DNA of 64,000 nt from Blasia pusilla (taxonomy: Eukaryota). The position numbers were made by a program, and so were the translations under genes. Below, in pieces: positions 23,701-35,650 of the stretch. The DNA is taken from contig CM114271.1 of NCBI GenBank assembly GCA_050084515.1, positions 37,572,001-37,636,000 on the forward strand, written 5' to 3'. The notes under the pieces are model-generated. The model ran no database searches, had not been told where the DNA came from, and saw nothing but the letters and a program-made list of their open reading frames with translations. Every line of letters begins with the position of its first letter. The stretch's first letter is position 1.

Positions 23701-25862
23701 ATTTCCAGCCAGCTTGCTCAGTCACTTCAACATTTGGCCCAGCAGCAGCAGCAACAGCAGCAGCAACAGTCACAGTCTATGATCCCCCAACAGCAGCCTC
23801 AGCTTCCCCAGTCATTGGGCCTGCTCACTCAAGTTTTAGCTCCGGCAGGAAATGGATCTTCAACTGGAGCCATGCTGCCTTCTCAAAATCAAAGTTCAAA
23901 TAATAATCTTCTAGCAGCCTTCCTGCAGTCTGGCCTTATTCCTCCATCTCAAGGTGCCCAACTTCTTCCACAACCACAGCCTGTATCTTCTAGGGCATCT
24001 TCAGCTTCTCTTCAATCTAATCCCCAATCTGTTTTTCAAGGACAACCTCCTCTACCAAGTGGTCCTCCTCCTGTCCAGTTTTCAAATTCAGTAGGATCGT
24101 CTTCATCTGTGCAAGCTTCTGGCCCACTAGTGCAGATTCCAAATTCTGCACTACAAACTCCTGTTTCACACATGAACACGTTTGCTGTGCAGCCTCTTCG
24201 ATACAATCCCCCTCCTCTTCCTCCAGGACCACCCCCTGCTTCAACAATCGTGGGGTCAGCTGCTTCACATTCGGCACCTTCTGGAGGAGTGCTGTCATCT
24301 TCTATCTCTTCCCTTCTTTCTTCCCTTTTAGCCAATGGGGTTATTGCTCCTGTTCCAAACCCCCCAGTACCAGCTGGTTCTCCGACACAGGTTCCTGTTG
24401 CTGTAGGCCAACCAAATGCTGCTGCGGGTGTTGTGACCACAAGTGTTCTTCCAACTCCATCAGTCGGTGTGCCTACAACAATTGCAACAGCACCAGCATC
24501 TGCAGCTCTTGTTACCCCTATATCTGCTTCAGTAGTGACAACTCAGGATGTTCCACAGAGCCCACCTGATTCTAAGAGGGAGGCTATTGGTACTGAGTTC
24601 AAGCAGGAGATTTTAAGGGAGCGGCATGAGCATGTGCTTGATTCTTTGTACTTCGATTTTCCCAGACAATGCAAGACATGTGGGCTAAGATTCAAAGCTC
24701 AAGATGAACACAGCAAGCATATGGATTGGCATGTGTCCCGAAATCGTAGACAGAAGTCTCTGAAGAAGATCTCTCGGAAATGGTTTGTTAGTACAAAAGA
24801 GTGGCTCAGTGGTACAGGAGCTGCAGCATCTGAGTCTGCCCCATCATTCTTCGCAGATGATTCTGGAGTGAAGGAGGAAAATGTTGAGGTAGTAGCAGTT
24901 CCTGAAGACGAAAATCAGAGTGCTTGTGCTCTTTGTGGAGAACCATTTGAGGATTTCTACAGTGATGAGACAGATGAGTGGATGTACAAGGGTGCAGTTT
25001 ACCTGAATGTTCCTCCAGGAGGAAGTACAGAGGGCTTGGATAGTTCTGCTTTGGGCCCAATTGTGCACATGAAGTGTAAAACAGAGTCAGCTGAAATTGC
25101 CATCGTGGATTCTGCTGAAGAGGACGATGAGGTAGGGTCTGGATTCCTGTGTTTCTTGAATTCTTCTGTCTCTACTTGTTTCATTGTTTGTTATTCCTAA
25201 GTACATTGAATCTGGATCATAAGCAGAAAGAGATAGATGTGCCACCCATGTCCATGTTACACATTTGAAATGGTGCTGTTGCAGGTGTTGATTTTGATGT
25301 CTTGAATTTTGTTCTCTTTGACTGTCAATAACAGTCTGTAGCTCATAGCTTTGAAAGGGTGGAATTTTGGGCAGCCTTGCTTTTGGTCGCTCACATATAT
25401 GTTTCTCTGTTATCAGGTGCAGCCAGAACTTCAGGCTGCAGACAGTGTGAGAATGGAGGTTGATGGAAGTGGAGGAGACAACATCATACCCTTACTCACT
25501 GACAATTTTGACACATCAGAGATCAAGGTAGTTTCATCACAACATCCTGGCTGACTGCAAGTGGTGATCGGAGGGGTTGGTGATTACTAATCAACTGTGT
25601 CTCCCTTTCACAGTTGATGAGTAGGGTAGCTATTGTAGGCTTTCACTGATTGTAGACACTTGTACTCATTGTAATTGTTCATTTCTACCTAGTTCAAAAG
25701 CCTTCGCCTTCCTCTCCTAAAGATTTTCTGTATGTTTATAATTGGCGGGGTTGATAAATAAATATTAGTAATTTGCTCTCTCTAATGGGGTGTAAGTTAT
25801 CTGGCATCTTATAGGAAGAGCGAGATGACATGGGCAGTAGGAGGAAACGGACTCGTTACTGA
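17746..25862 (+). CDS. PCFS4: PCF11-like polyadenylation/cleavage factor (PCFS4 homolog); exons 17746-18348, 19590-19691, 20504-20776, 21172-21285, 21748-22410, 22828-25131, 25417-25527, 25815-25862; 1405 aa
   Basis: CID domain ([55 protein letters not shown]), IHVNPKYLE motif, EEEEYDW motif, C2H2-type finger CKTCGLRF...HMDWH..RN, and second finger [26 protein letters not shown]...IVHMKC. All seven introns are GT-AG, phase 0, and exon lengths are multiples of 3. The last exon ends RRKRTRY-stop. Confidence 0.95.
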
Positions 25863-28306
25863 GAAGTCAATGATGGTGCTTACTGGACAATGTAAAAGTA
25901 CGGGTACAAAGGTAGAGTTCTCTGAGTAGCAATGGTGAGCAATTACCTTACGCATTTCATGTACTTATAAGAAGAGAGTCAAAAGTTTTTTCTCATGGGA
26001 AATCCACAAATTTCTGGGGGGTTTCAACAGTCCTGCCTCTGTGTTCACAATCATGTCATGAGGAGCCAGTATCCTTGGGTTGGTTGTCTTAATTTCGTAT
26101 TTCTGGGAATCTTCCTTTTCATGTGAAATGCAGCTCTGATGCTTTTGGGTCTTTTGTCAAGGAGAAAGACTAGGTGTGTAATGGACTCGTAAAATAATGG
26201 AATTGCGAAGTTCACTGATGGTGGTTAAAAGGTTCTTTCTTGTTTTACACGGAGCTCCTCCTAAATATCTGACACAAAGAAATTGTGGAAGAAATCCAGG
26301 AATCTCGATGCTAAGAAATCATTGCTCACTGTTTTGGGAAATTAGGTAGACATGTGATTTCTCATCTGGGAACACAAATCTAACTGTGCCAGGTTGCCAA
26401 AGTCTGGATCTCTACAAAGCTTTCTGTATTGAGTGGGCAATCGATGAACTAGTTTTTGATTTTCTGCTTAAAATCTCGGATATGGGCATATATCTATCCT
26501 TGAAATCTTTCACAGAGGAACTCTGATACAATGCTTCTGACCATTCCATTAGCTTAGTTTGATATTGTAGGGAGCAGATCATGTAGGAAGCAGCTTCTGC
26601 AATGTGAGCATTTCATATCTCACTGAAGGTGAAAACGTGTGGAAGTGGGAGTGTGGATGGACTTGCAAGGAGCCACCTCCTACCTCCCTAGGTTTTTGTA
26701 AAGTTATTGATAATGAGAGTAAACAAATTTGTCAATGGACACTGTGAATGTGACAGCTATAAGTACGGCTGCGTCAGTAAGGTGCCCTCGTTCATGGCCA
26801 ACACTGGAGCATAGTAAACTTGTGCATTGTGTAATCAGGTTCTTGGCAGATTTGCTTTTTATGAGAACTTCCATGAATCCTGAATTTTTCCAGGAGCGTG
26901 GAGTAAAGTCGTTTCCATTGTTTGACTTGGACTTTCATGTGATGATTCTCCTTTGTTGCCCGTGCTTCCTGTCCATCCACAATCCAATGTGGCAGAATCT
27001 TGGATTTAGAGTTGTGGTTTTCCTCTCATATGTTTGAATCCAGTTCATAAGTGGATTCGGAACTGACGTGTATGAGCTTTGATATTTGACGATAAAATGA
27101 AAGATCTATGGTTTCGATGCACTCATTTCTCCTCAATGGTCACCAAATTTGCTATATACTATGTCTCCACTATATTCTCTTTTCTCAGCTTCCGCCTGAT
27201 GTGGACATTGTGTGACACTGTATTTGCCCATCGAATTCCCCGACGTGGTTAAGGCCATGGCCAAATTTATGCGCAACTCTTAGTTTTTCCTGAGGGTCTG
27301 TCCTTGGTCGTTCATTTATCTGCAGTCTTCGATATTCGCCTCCACATGCATATGCTCACCAGACTGTAGACCACGTCATACCAACTGCAAGTTACTCTGG
27401 AGTGGATGACTTTTGCTGAAAATCTCCCCTAACTCAGCAAGCAATCCTCATAGGATGCACACTCAAAATGTGGAATGCATTTCGTGAAGCAAGTGGCAAT
27501 GGTGGAATGATTTCACTGAACTCTCGAAGACAGTACTTCTATATAATTAAAAGATCGTGTTCAAATGTGTAGGGTAATTTTAAGGTCGTCCTATTTCTGC
27601 CATTCTATGGTTCATGGGTGTTACCTAAACGGTTGGTAACATTTTAGTTTCTTAAATACCATACGTTACAGGTTGAGTCATGAGTTGCTTTCATGATTGC
27701 TTGCCAACAGGGGAGCTGCCCGAAAATTCTTTCAATTTTAATGTAGAAAGGCGCCTTATCCATTGTGTGGAAGGATGAATAGGAAGTGAAATTTATTGCA
27801 CTAGAGTGAAATTGAATCACTTATATATGACCCATTAAGATCTTTAGCCCATTTCTAGATACTCCAACTTAATGACATTTTTCAAAGAGCCCAAAGGTTT
27901 TGAAGTCACATTCTTTTGAGAGATGTGATCATATTCTTATTTTGTGATGTTGTCATTATCTTAATTTTGTCAATGCGACATAAATGAAAAAAAAGACAAG
28001 ACATGGTCTTTATGGGAATGGGAATACTCATGCCTACACATGATATTGGTACCATCCATACAAGTTCTCAAGCTCCAAACCACATTTGAACATGAAAATC
28101 GGATTTGCACATATCACATATGAAAAAGGATTCCCATCAAAGTTCAAAAGATGATATGAAATGAATTTATGTACATCTTTCCATACGATATCATCTTGTC
28201 CCTCGGTGAGAGAACCTCTAATGGAAATGTCTCATGTATCCTCAAAATGGTGTCCCTTGTTGTAACATCCATCATCATTAAAAATATCTTTTGAAAGTAG
28301 ACATAG

Positions 28307-28960
28307 TGTTGCGACCCTCATAACCAAACGATCGCCAAACGGAACATCTAAACTCTGACGGGCTCACGCTATGATGGTTTGCGCTTTGGAGAGGTCTCAA
28401 GAAGAGACAAGTTACAAAACACAAGTACGATAGGCCAGCGAGACTCACGTTTCATGCGTTTATGATCGTGACTAAGGAAATCGGAACCAAACGCGAACCC
28501 AAATTTGAGAGGAGTCGAGTCTAGGATGAGACGTGGCCAGAAGGTGAGAACCAGATTTGGAACGTGACTAGCGTTTGGGCTTTTTGAATGTATTTTGGAC
28601 CTTAAATTTTAGTTCTGAGATGCGTTTGGGACAAATAAGGTGGCATTGGAAAGCTATGCCCAACCACTTCCAACGCACCAAAGATCTCAGCAAACGCATA
28701 AGCATAGGTTGAGATATTAGCCGAAAATAATTGTAATGGGAGTCGGGTTGAGGGCCAAAAAGAGGGGTTCAGGTGTCTCTTTCCTAGAGGTAGGGGGAGG
28801 GTGGAGATCCTCAGAAGTACTAGTAAGGGAGAAGGGCTCCAAGGGTGCTTAGGACTCGAATCCCACTTTAAGGTGCAGATTGGCGACAAGAGCGTGTCCT
28901 ACTGAACGTACACTTCCACAACACTAAAGATTGACGTTCGAGGGGAGTAGTCTCCCTTAG
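28307..28960. mobile_element. Possible decayed LTR fragment
   Basis: GC-richer non-coding block starting TGTTGCGACCC with a TTGGAAAG...CTTCCAA motif. No second LTR or TSD was found. Confidence 0.25.
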
Positions 28961-29353
28961 GAAATATATGATTGATATTCTCTTCCAAAACCAATATGGT
29001 AGCCCTTAGAGAGGGTGGGATATGTGAATTAGTAGAAAGTGTGGATTAATACATAAGCGCAAAGAACACGATATCAAACCCCACCATACTTATGGAGATA
29101 TTCATCCATATGGTAGGAAGAGAGACACTATATATGGTATAGGTCAAACCAACGATGTGGATTATGTAGCAATATTCGTATGCATGATACTACAATTAAA
29201 CACACACATTTTGCTTGCATAGCTCTCTATTATATTCACTTGGAATTATAATCTATGCGGAGATATTCACATCTCCATGTATATACCACAAAATCTATGT
29301 GGAAATTTATATTTTATGTACTTTTTATTTATATTTTGTGGAAAACCCAAAAA

Positions 29354-29719
29354 CTCAATGTAGCTGCGTGAGTATATTGATATGTGTGCATGAATATTTC
29401 CTCATAGTGGAGGGTGGATGTGATTTATGTAGTATCATGATTGGAGTTGGTCATGTGAATAGTTTTTATTTTTATTTTGTGGTGTGATCTTGATGTATAT
29501 GTGTGAATGTATTTTTGAGTGTATGAATCTTTCCATGAAAATACATTCATATATATACACAAATATATTAACATGTACATCAATATCACAACTCCAAAAA
29601 AAAAAAACCTACTCACATGACCAACTCCAATCATGATACTAAATAACATTGTCAAACCACATCCACTTTGAGGAAATATTCGTATACACATATAAATATA
29701 CTCACGCATCTACATTAAG
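29354..29719. mobile_element. Fold-back / MITE-like long inverted repeat, 366 bp
   Basis: Left arm CTCAATGTAGCTGCGTGAGTATATT...AGTATCATGATTGGAGTTGGTCATGTGA pairs with right arm TCACATGACCAACTCCAATCATGATACT...AATATACTCACGCATCTACATTAAG. Complementarity runs almost to the centre. Confidence 0.85.
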
Positions 29720-30204
29720 ACCACACAACCACATCTTTCACTGGTGATTAGATCTTGTAACTTCAGATAGCACTACCATACCCATGGTGAAGTAATCCAT
29801 TCCTCTATAAATATTATGGATATCACTTTTGTCTTCTACAAATTGTGTAAAGAAAGGATATTAAACATGACATATACTATCCTCTAGAACAACCATCACA
29901 ACCAAAATGATGCTTGCATCCTTGGCCAACCCATACCATGTACACCTCAAGCCCATATGTACACATTTCGATTTCTCCTTATGATTCTTCCCTCTCTCAT
30001 GATATGATTATATTTTTCTAGTACAAGGTTCAGAATTTATATCTATAAGGTTTTTGTTTGTTTGCATCTGTGCCTCTCTCACAACATGAGCTCAATCTTT
30101 GTCCAAATCCAATATGTCCAAAATTGCAATTTTTTTTCCCTCTCTCATATTGTAAGCTCTTCATGCCAAACCTAAACACACTTATTGATAACATTGAGGC
30201 CACC

Positions 30205-30411
30205 TATTCCACACATACAAAGTCCGTATGTAACAGGGAGCGTGAGTCCGCCCAGTGAGAGCCAAGCGCGCCCTGCGGACCTCGTTGGGGTCTTGCGGGC
30301 TCCGTCAGCCTAGGTCTGCCCGGCGGGCTCTGGTACGGGCGGGGCATGTTCGTGAATATGTCCGGACTTATCCGTCCCATGGACATACTTGTTCGTTTCT
30401 GTGCAATCTTG
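30205..30411. mobile_element. Degenerate copy of the same MITE family
   Basis: GC-rich insert in AT-rich DNA, beginning CACACATACAAAGTCCG and ending GTGCAATCTTG. Confidence 0.5.
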
Positions 30412-33036
30412 CCTAAGTAAGATATGGAGACTAAGCGGGTTGCGTGGGTTCATGTGGATGCCATATTTTTTATTTGTGACATAAGATTTGGAAGATTTCA
30501 AATTTCAAGTCATTTCTCTACCTTTAAATAATTAAGTCATTTGAATTCCTATGGAGACTTTGTGTAGCTCCACATACGACTACTTATCATATTATAAGTA
30601 TTTCAACACTTAGGGAGTCAATAATATATTTCCACAAATCACGGTGTGATATGATGACGCCTCAAATCATTAGGTCTCCAAAAATGTAAGAGGCTATTTC
30701 CTTCTACTTACATGTGTGGATGTTCCAAGTACAAGCATTATTTTTATGGGTGGAATGGGGAGTTATACCAAGACTTAAAATTTGAAAAAATTCACAATAA
30801 AGAATTTATATTTTCCATTTGTTCTTAGAGAGTGTTCGATATTCTCTCTATTCCTTCAAAGAGGTATGTGGAGGGTAGGAAATGAGAATAATATAGATGC
30901 GTTCAGAAAAGAAAGGGAGGAAAATAGAGGGACCCTCCATTCTTTGGAAAACCACTCTCTTTACATAAAGGAACATAGAGTGGATATGTAGAGTTTGTGG
31001 GAGTCCTTGCCTCTATCTAGGAGGATAAGTCGTATGGGCCCTCTCTAGAGGACCAAAGTGGATTCATGCACCCTATTCTATTGCATATGTATAAAAGTAC
31101 CATCAATATAGATAATTACTAGGGAAAATTTCTGATTACGTACATTATCTAGAAATGATATCTCACTCCCAATCTTTCGAAAGGGAAGAACCAAAAATAA
31201 ATTAAAATAGAAAGTTTTTTTTTTCATGATAAATATGCATCTTAGAATATCAAACCAAGAATTCCTTAGTATGATGAATTTTTTTTTTCCTGAAATATTT
31301 CATTAGAAATAGCCAAGAGGTAAAGTTTTCAATGAGATTTTTTTGGAAAAATATTCAACAAGAAAAGTTTTTGTATCATATTTTTTTACCATAATTATTC
31401 TCTAGAAGCATCCACTAGTAATTTCTTATGTATTGGGAAATTATTCATTGAGATTTTTCACAAGATTTTTTTTCCATTATTTTTTTTCTTGTTTTTGGGT
31501 CAATTCAATATCAATTTTCTTCTCCAATACATTGTACATCAAACCAAATTACTATTTTGTATGAAAAGTATTTTTTCATTTTTAGGGTTAACGAAATTTT
31601 TTGTGTATTCCAAGTTGAATTTTGAAGTTCTTATACATTATAGAAAGATCCTCATTGGATAGATTGGGGTTTATGTGATGGTTATATATATATTTTCATT
31701 AAGATAACTTGAAATTGAAATTTCTTAACATCTAGTACAATATATCTTATTTTAAAACAAGAAACTCACTTGAAGTGAAATTTTCTATGAACTCTTACAA
31801 AATATTTGGAAATAAAAATTTTTGAATTTCCTTGCTAGGATTCTATGTTCTCTTTGGGTAAATTGATTTTTATTATTTTTTTCTTGTCGCTATCATGTCT
31901 TTTATGGCGGAATAGAGAGTCCCAACGCGGTGCTTTAGAGGGAGAACGAGGGCCAAACCTAGTAGGTATAGGATGACTTGTATAGTAGAGTAAGGTGCAA
32001 GTGCAGGTTTTCCCTTGGTTTGGGCCCATTTGGAGCTTATTATTTTAGCTAAGTTCCTTATTTTGGGAGAATGGACTTTATATTTGTAGAAAGTGATGCT
32101 TAATCCACTATTGTAGGTTTAGGGTCAAGGAGGTGATCTATGTGTAAGTCACTTGGCAGAGGGCTTGAGGAGAGAGAGGGTTTGCATATCTCTCTGACTC
32201 TCTGAGAGACAGACAGAGAGAGTAGAGTAGAGTAGAGTATAATAGAGTATATTTTTAGTCCATGGGAAGCCGATTTGGCTTATGGGACCCCTTCCACATA
32301 TGTCATATTGACATCACATCTGACATGCACCTTCACATCTAGATTTTTGATTGGAGCTCTCACTGAGGTGATTTGGTTTTTGGGTTTTTTTTTTTTTTTT
32401 ATGAAGTTTTGGAATTTCAATTATCCAAATTCTTGACTCGGGAGCATAGTCAAGGCACACGCATGAAAGACACACAAGGCGTTCTCTCTCTCGAACATGG
32501 ACCATCCATGTCCTAGGTAGGGGACGCCACGGCCTTGGGGTTGAGACCGCCCTCCACTGTCCAAGGGGAGAGTTGAACCTACCTCTTCAAGAGGACCGAC
32601 CTTATGAGACGGAAAAGCTATGATAATCCTTATAAGTAATCCTATCTTGAAATTGAGTTTGAGAGAGAGAGAGAGAGAGCTTAGTGTTTATGAGATAATT
32701 TTTATTTTATTGGATATATATATAAATAAAGATCCTCTTGTGTTTGGACTCCATGGTTGAATGTCTAAGTCTGTTATTTTATGTTTGTGATTAGTGATAA
32801 TGATGTATGTTATGTAGCGACGTGTATGCATATGACATCTCCATCCTTATGCTTGATGATGAAATGATTAAGGAGTTAGTAACTCCTGAAAAGGCTTAGT
32901 TCTAGTTAAACTATTGATTCTAAAATATAATTGAGATCATATATGCTATTATTTGGGTTGGTAGTTAAGAGATAGACAATCCCCTATGCAATCTTTGTTA
33001 GAGGCATCATCCTATACTTAATGATCCAATCACACC

Positions 33037-33435
33037 CAAGGTTGCACACGGATAAAGTTCGAGTCCATGGACATGCATGTGTATGTCCACCGACGTATGG
33101 ATGTCCGTAGGACGGACATCTCCGTGCGGGCTCAGATATCTGCGGCTGACACTCGAGCCCGCCCCACCAGCAACTTACACTGATCTCGGCCAACCCACAC
33201 CCAATCTAAGCACCCGTCGCCCATTGTGTAGCCCGGATGGGCTCGCCCTAAGACCGTATTGGCCCAAAGAGGGCGGGCTTGGTGGTCGAGCCCGAGCGTA
33301 TGTTGCGGACAGGGCAAGCTCCGTTGCGGGTTGTGGGTATCTGCACCCACAAAAACATATATGTCCTAGGGACCGACATAAGTCCGCGGACATGGACATA
33401 TCCGTAGATACGGATTTTGTTCGTGTGCAACCTTG
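33037..33435. mobile_element. MITE with TIR CAAGGTTGCACACG...CGTGTGCAACCTTG (hAT-like by terminal motif)
   Basis: Perfect 14-bp terminal inverted repeat, degenerate subterminal inverted GGAC/GTCC-rich repeats, and a GC-rich non-coding core. Related copies occur elsewhere in the window. Confidence 0.8.
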
Positions 33436-35476
33436 GGTGTGATTGGATCATTAATGTAGAGGATGATGCCTATGACAAAGATTATCATCCTACATTACCA
33501 GGAATCTCGCTAAAATCTCCTAGATTTCATGATGCTCAAGCATGGGGGGATGATACCTATGGTGGCCAAAATGCCACCAAATCCTAGTTCCAAGAGAAAC
33601 TTATCTTTGATAAGAGATTTCCTGATGAATGCAAAGTGGTTATGTACAAAATAAGATATGCAACATAAGGATTCAAAAATTTCAAAGAATGTACATACAA
33701 GATTCTAAAGTGTACTCTGATTGTATATTATGTCTATACTCTTTGAGGTATTGTGATGTCTAGTGAGAGCCAAGATAGTGATCAGAGGAGAACCATCTCT
33801 TCAATACCATGGGCTTATTGTCTAAGTTCCCAAATTTTAGTAGTGTAGATATGTCACCTTGAAGAGGATAAGCTGTCATATGATGTTTCATGGAATGAAT
33901 GAAAAATGGTCATGAAAGCATCACGAGACAAGAGAAGTACCTAGTAGCAATATGAGTGGTGGGAAAAAAATGGTTACTATCTTCAATGATAACTCTTGTT
34001 ACCTTGAAATAAAAAAGATGGGTGACATTTCTAAAGCTTACTATTCTCACACAAGAAATTTGCAAGTGCAAGGTGATTTTAGAGTATGTATGAGCTGCAT
34101 AAGTCTAGTATTGAAGGCATCATGAAACCATGGTTAAGAAGAATTAGGGTTCCATAGCAAAAAAACCAAGAATTTAGAAATCCGCTATTGAGGTTCACAT
34201 ATTCCCACGGTCATCTTCTGCGCATTTTTTTCCCATCTCTACATACCATCATAGTTCTCCCAAGACCTGATTTGAAGGGTGTGCGTATGACACTCTTCCC
34301 TCATAATTTCTCTCCCATATCGATCACTCTTCAAGAAATTATTGCCCATATTCAAAGGAAAATGATAGTATATAAACTTCCAACTACATTATAATCAAAT
34401 TGGTTTTCCCCTTTGATCTCAATATGCAAACTGATGTCTCTCTAAGCCCCATCGCAAATTTTCAATTGCATGGAGTGAAATAAAGAGAAAATATGCCTTC
34501 CCAACACAAATAACCACGCCCACAGAATGCAAAGATTGGAGGATGAATTGTAGTAAGGCCCTCCATGTGAACAAGACTTGATCCTTTTATTGAATGCATG
34601 GCCATGAGAAAATGTCTTGAAAAACTCCTGCACACACACTTATGATAGGAAAAAATCCTATACACGTAAAGAAGGGTAGGATCACAACATTGGAAGCCCG
34701 ATGCGGGTGTGATTACATGTTTCCAAGACATGAGAGCTCGGTCGGATCAATAGAGACAAAATGGGCACAATGAAGAACATCACAAATCCACAACAACAAT
34801 ACTCTAAGAAATATCACATGATCTACACATTTAAACAAGAAGTGTAGGAGGAAACAAACAATTATCTTCCAACCCAAATTTGGTCATTCCTCTTCCAACC
34901 TAGCTTGGTGGTCTAGTTTCATCAAACCTACTTCCACTCCTCAAAATCTACATCTTAAACATCCCATTCATCAACATTCAATCATCAAATATATAGAAAA
35001 GAATATGGTGACTTCACATAAACATTGTAAGAGACCTACATATAGTCCAGTGTCTCATAGAACAACTCGAATGATGTGGTGATGTAATTCCAACCCCTTC
35101 CATGTTCCTATCATAAGACTATGAAAAAATATTAACATGCGTCCAAGTAGGGAGGGGAAGTTTTTATGGCACTTATTTATTTTTTGCACCATTTTTTATA
35201 AGGGGGAATGTAGTGGATTCCACATACAAAGAAGAGGGTCCTTTCACAACTTTTATATTGCCACCTAGGCAAAAAATATATGTCACATCAATTATAGGAC
35301 CTACGTCTGGCCTGCATCTAGCTCACATTTGGCCTGAGCCCCACTTGTGTCTGGCATGCGCCCCTCACATTTCCTTCATGTTCCCCACTCATGTGCGGCC
35401 CGTGCCCCTCCTACGCGGACTAGACGCGGGAAAAAATAAAAATAAAAATATTAATTTTTTTTTGAAAAAAAAGAAA

Positions 35477-35650
35477 TAGGTGTGCCCTGTGTGGGCTTGG
35501 TGCGGGCTAAACTCAAAGCGAGCCATGGTTGCGGGAAGGATGTCGGCCAAGATTGAGTGCGATGTGGGATTGGGTGTGCAATGCGGGCGGTTGGGCCCGT
35601 ACGGACATGGACAAGTTCATGGACACAGACTTTGTCCGCGAGCAACCCTA
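35477..35650. mobile_element. Degenerate inverted copy of the same MITE family
   Basis: Ends ...CATGGACACAGACTTTGTCCGCGAGCAACCCTA, matching the family terminus in reverse orientation. Confidence 0.55.

Noticed and set aside
32560-32640. tRNA/SINE B-box-like GGTTCAACTC on the minus strand
   Set aside because: No convincing A-box or cloverleaf.
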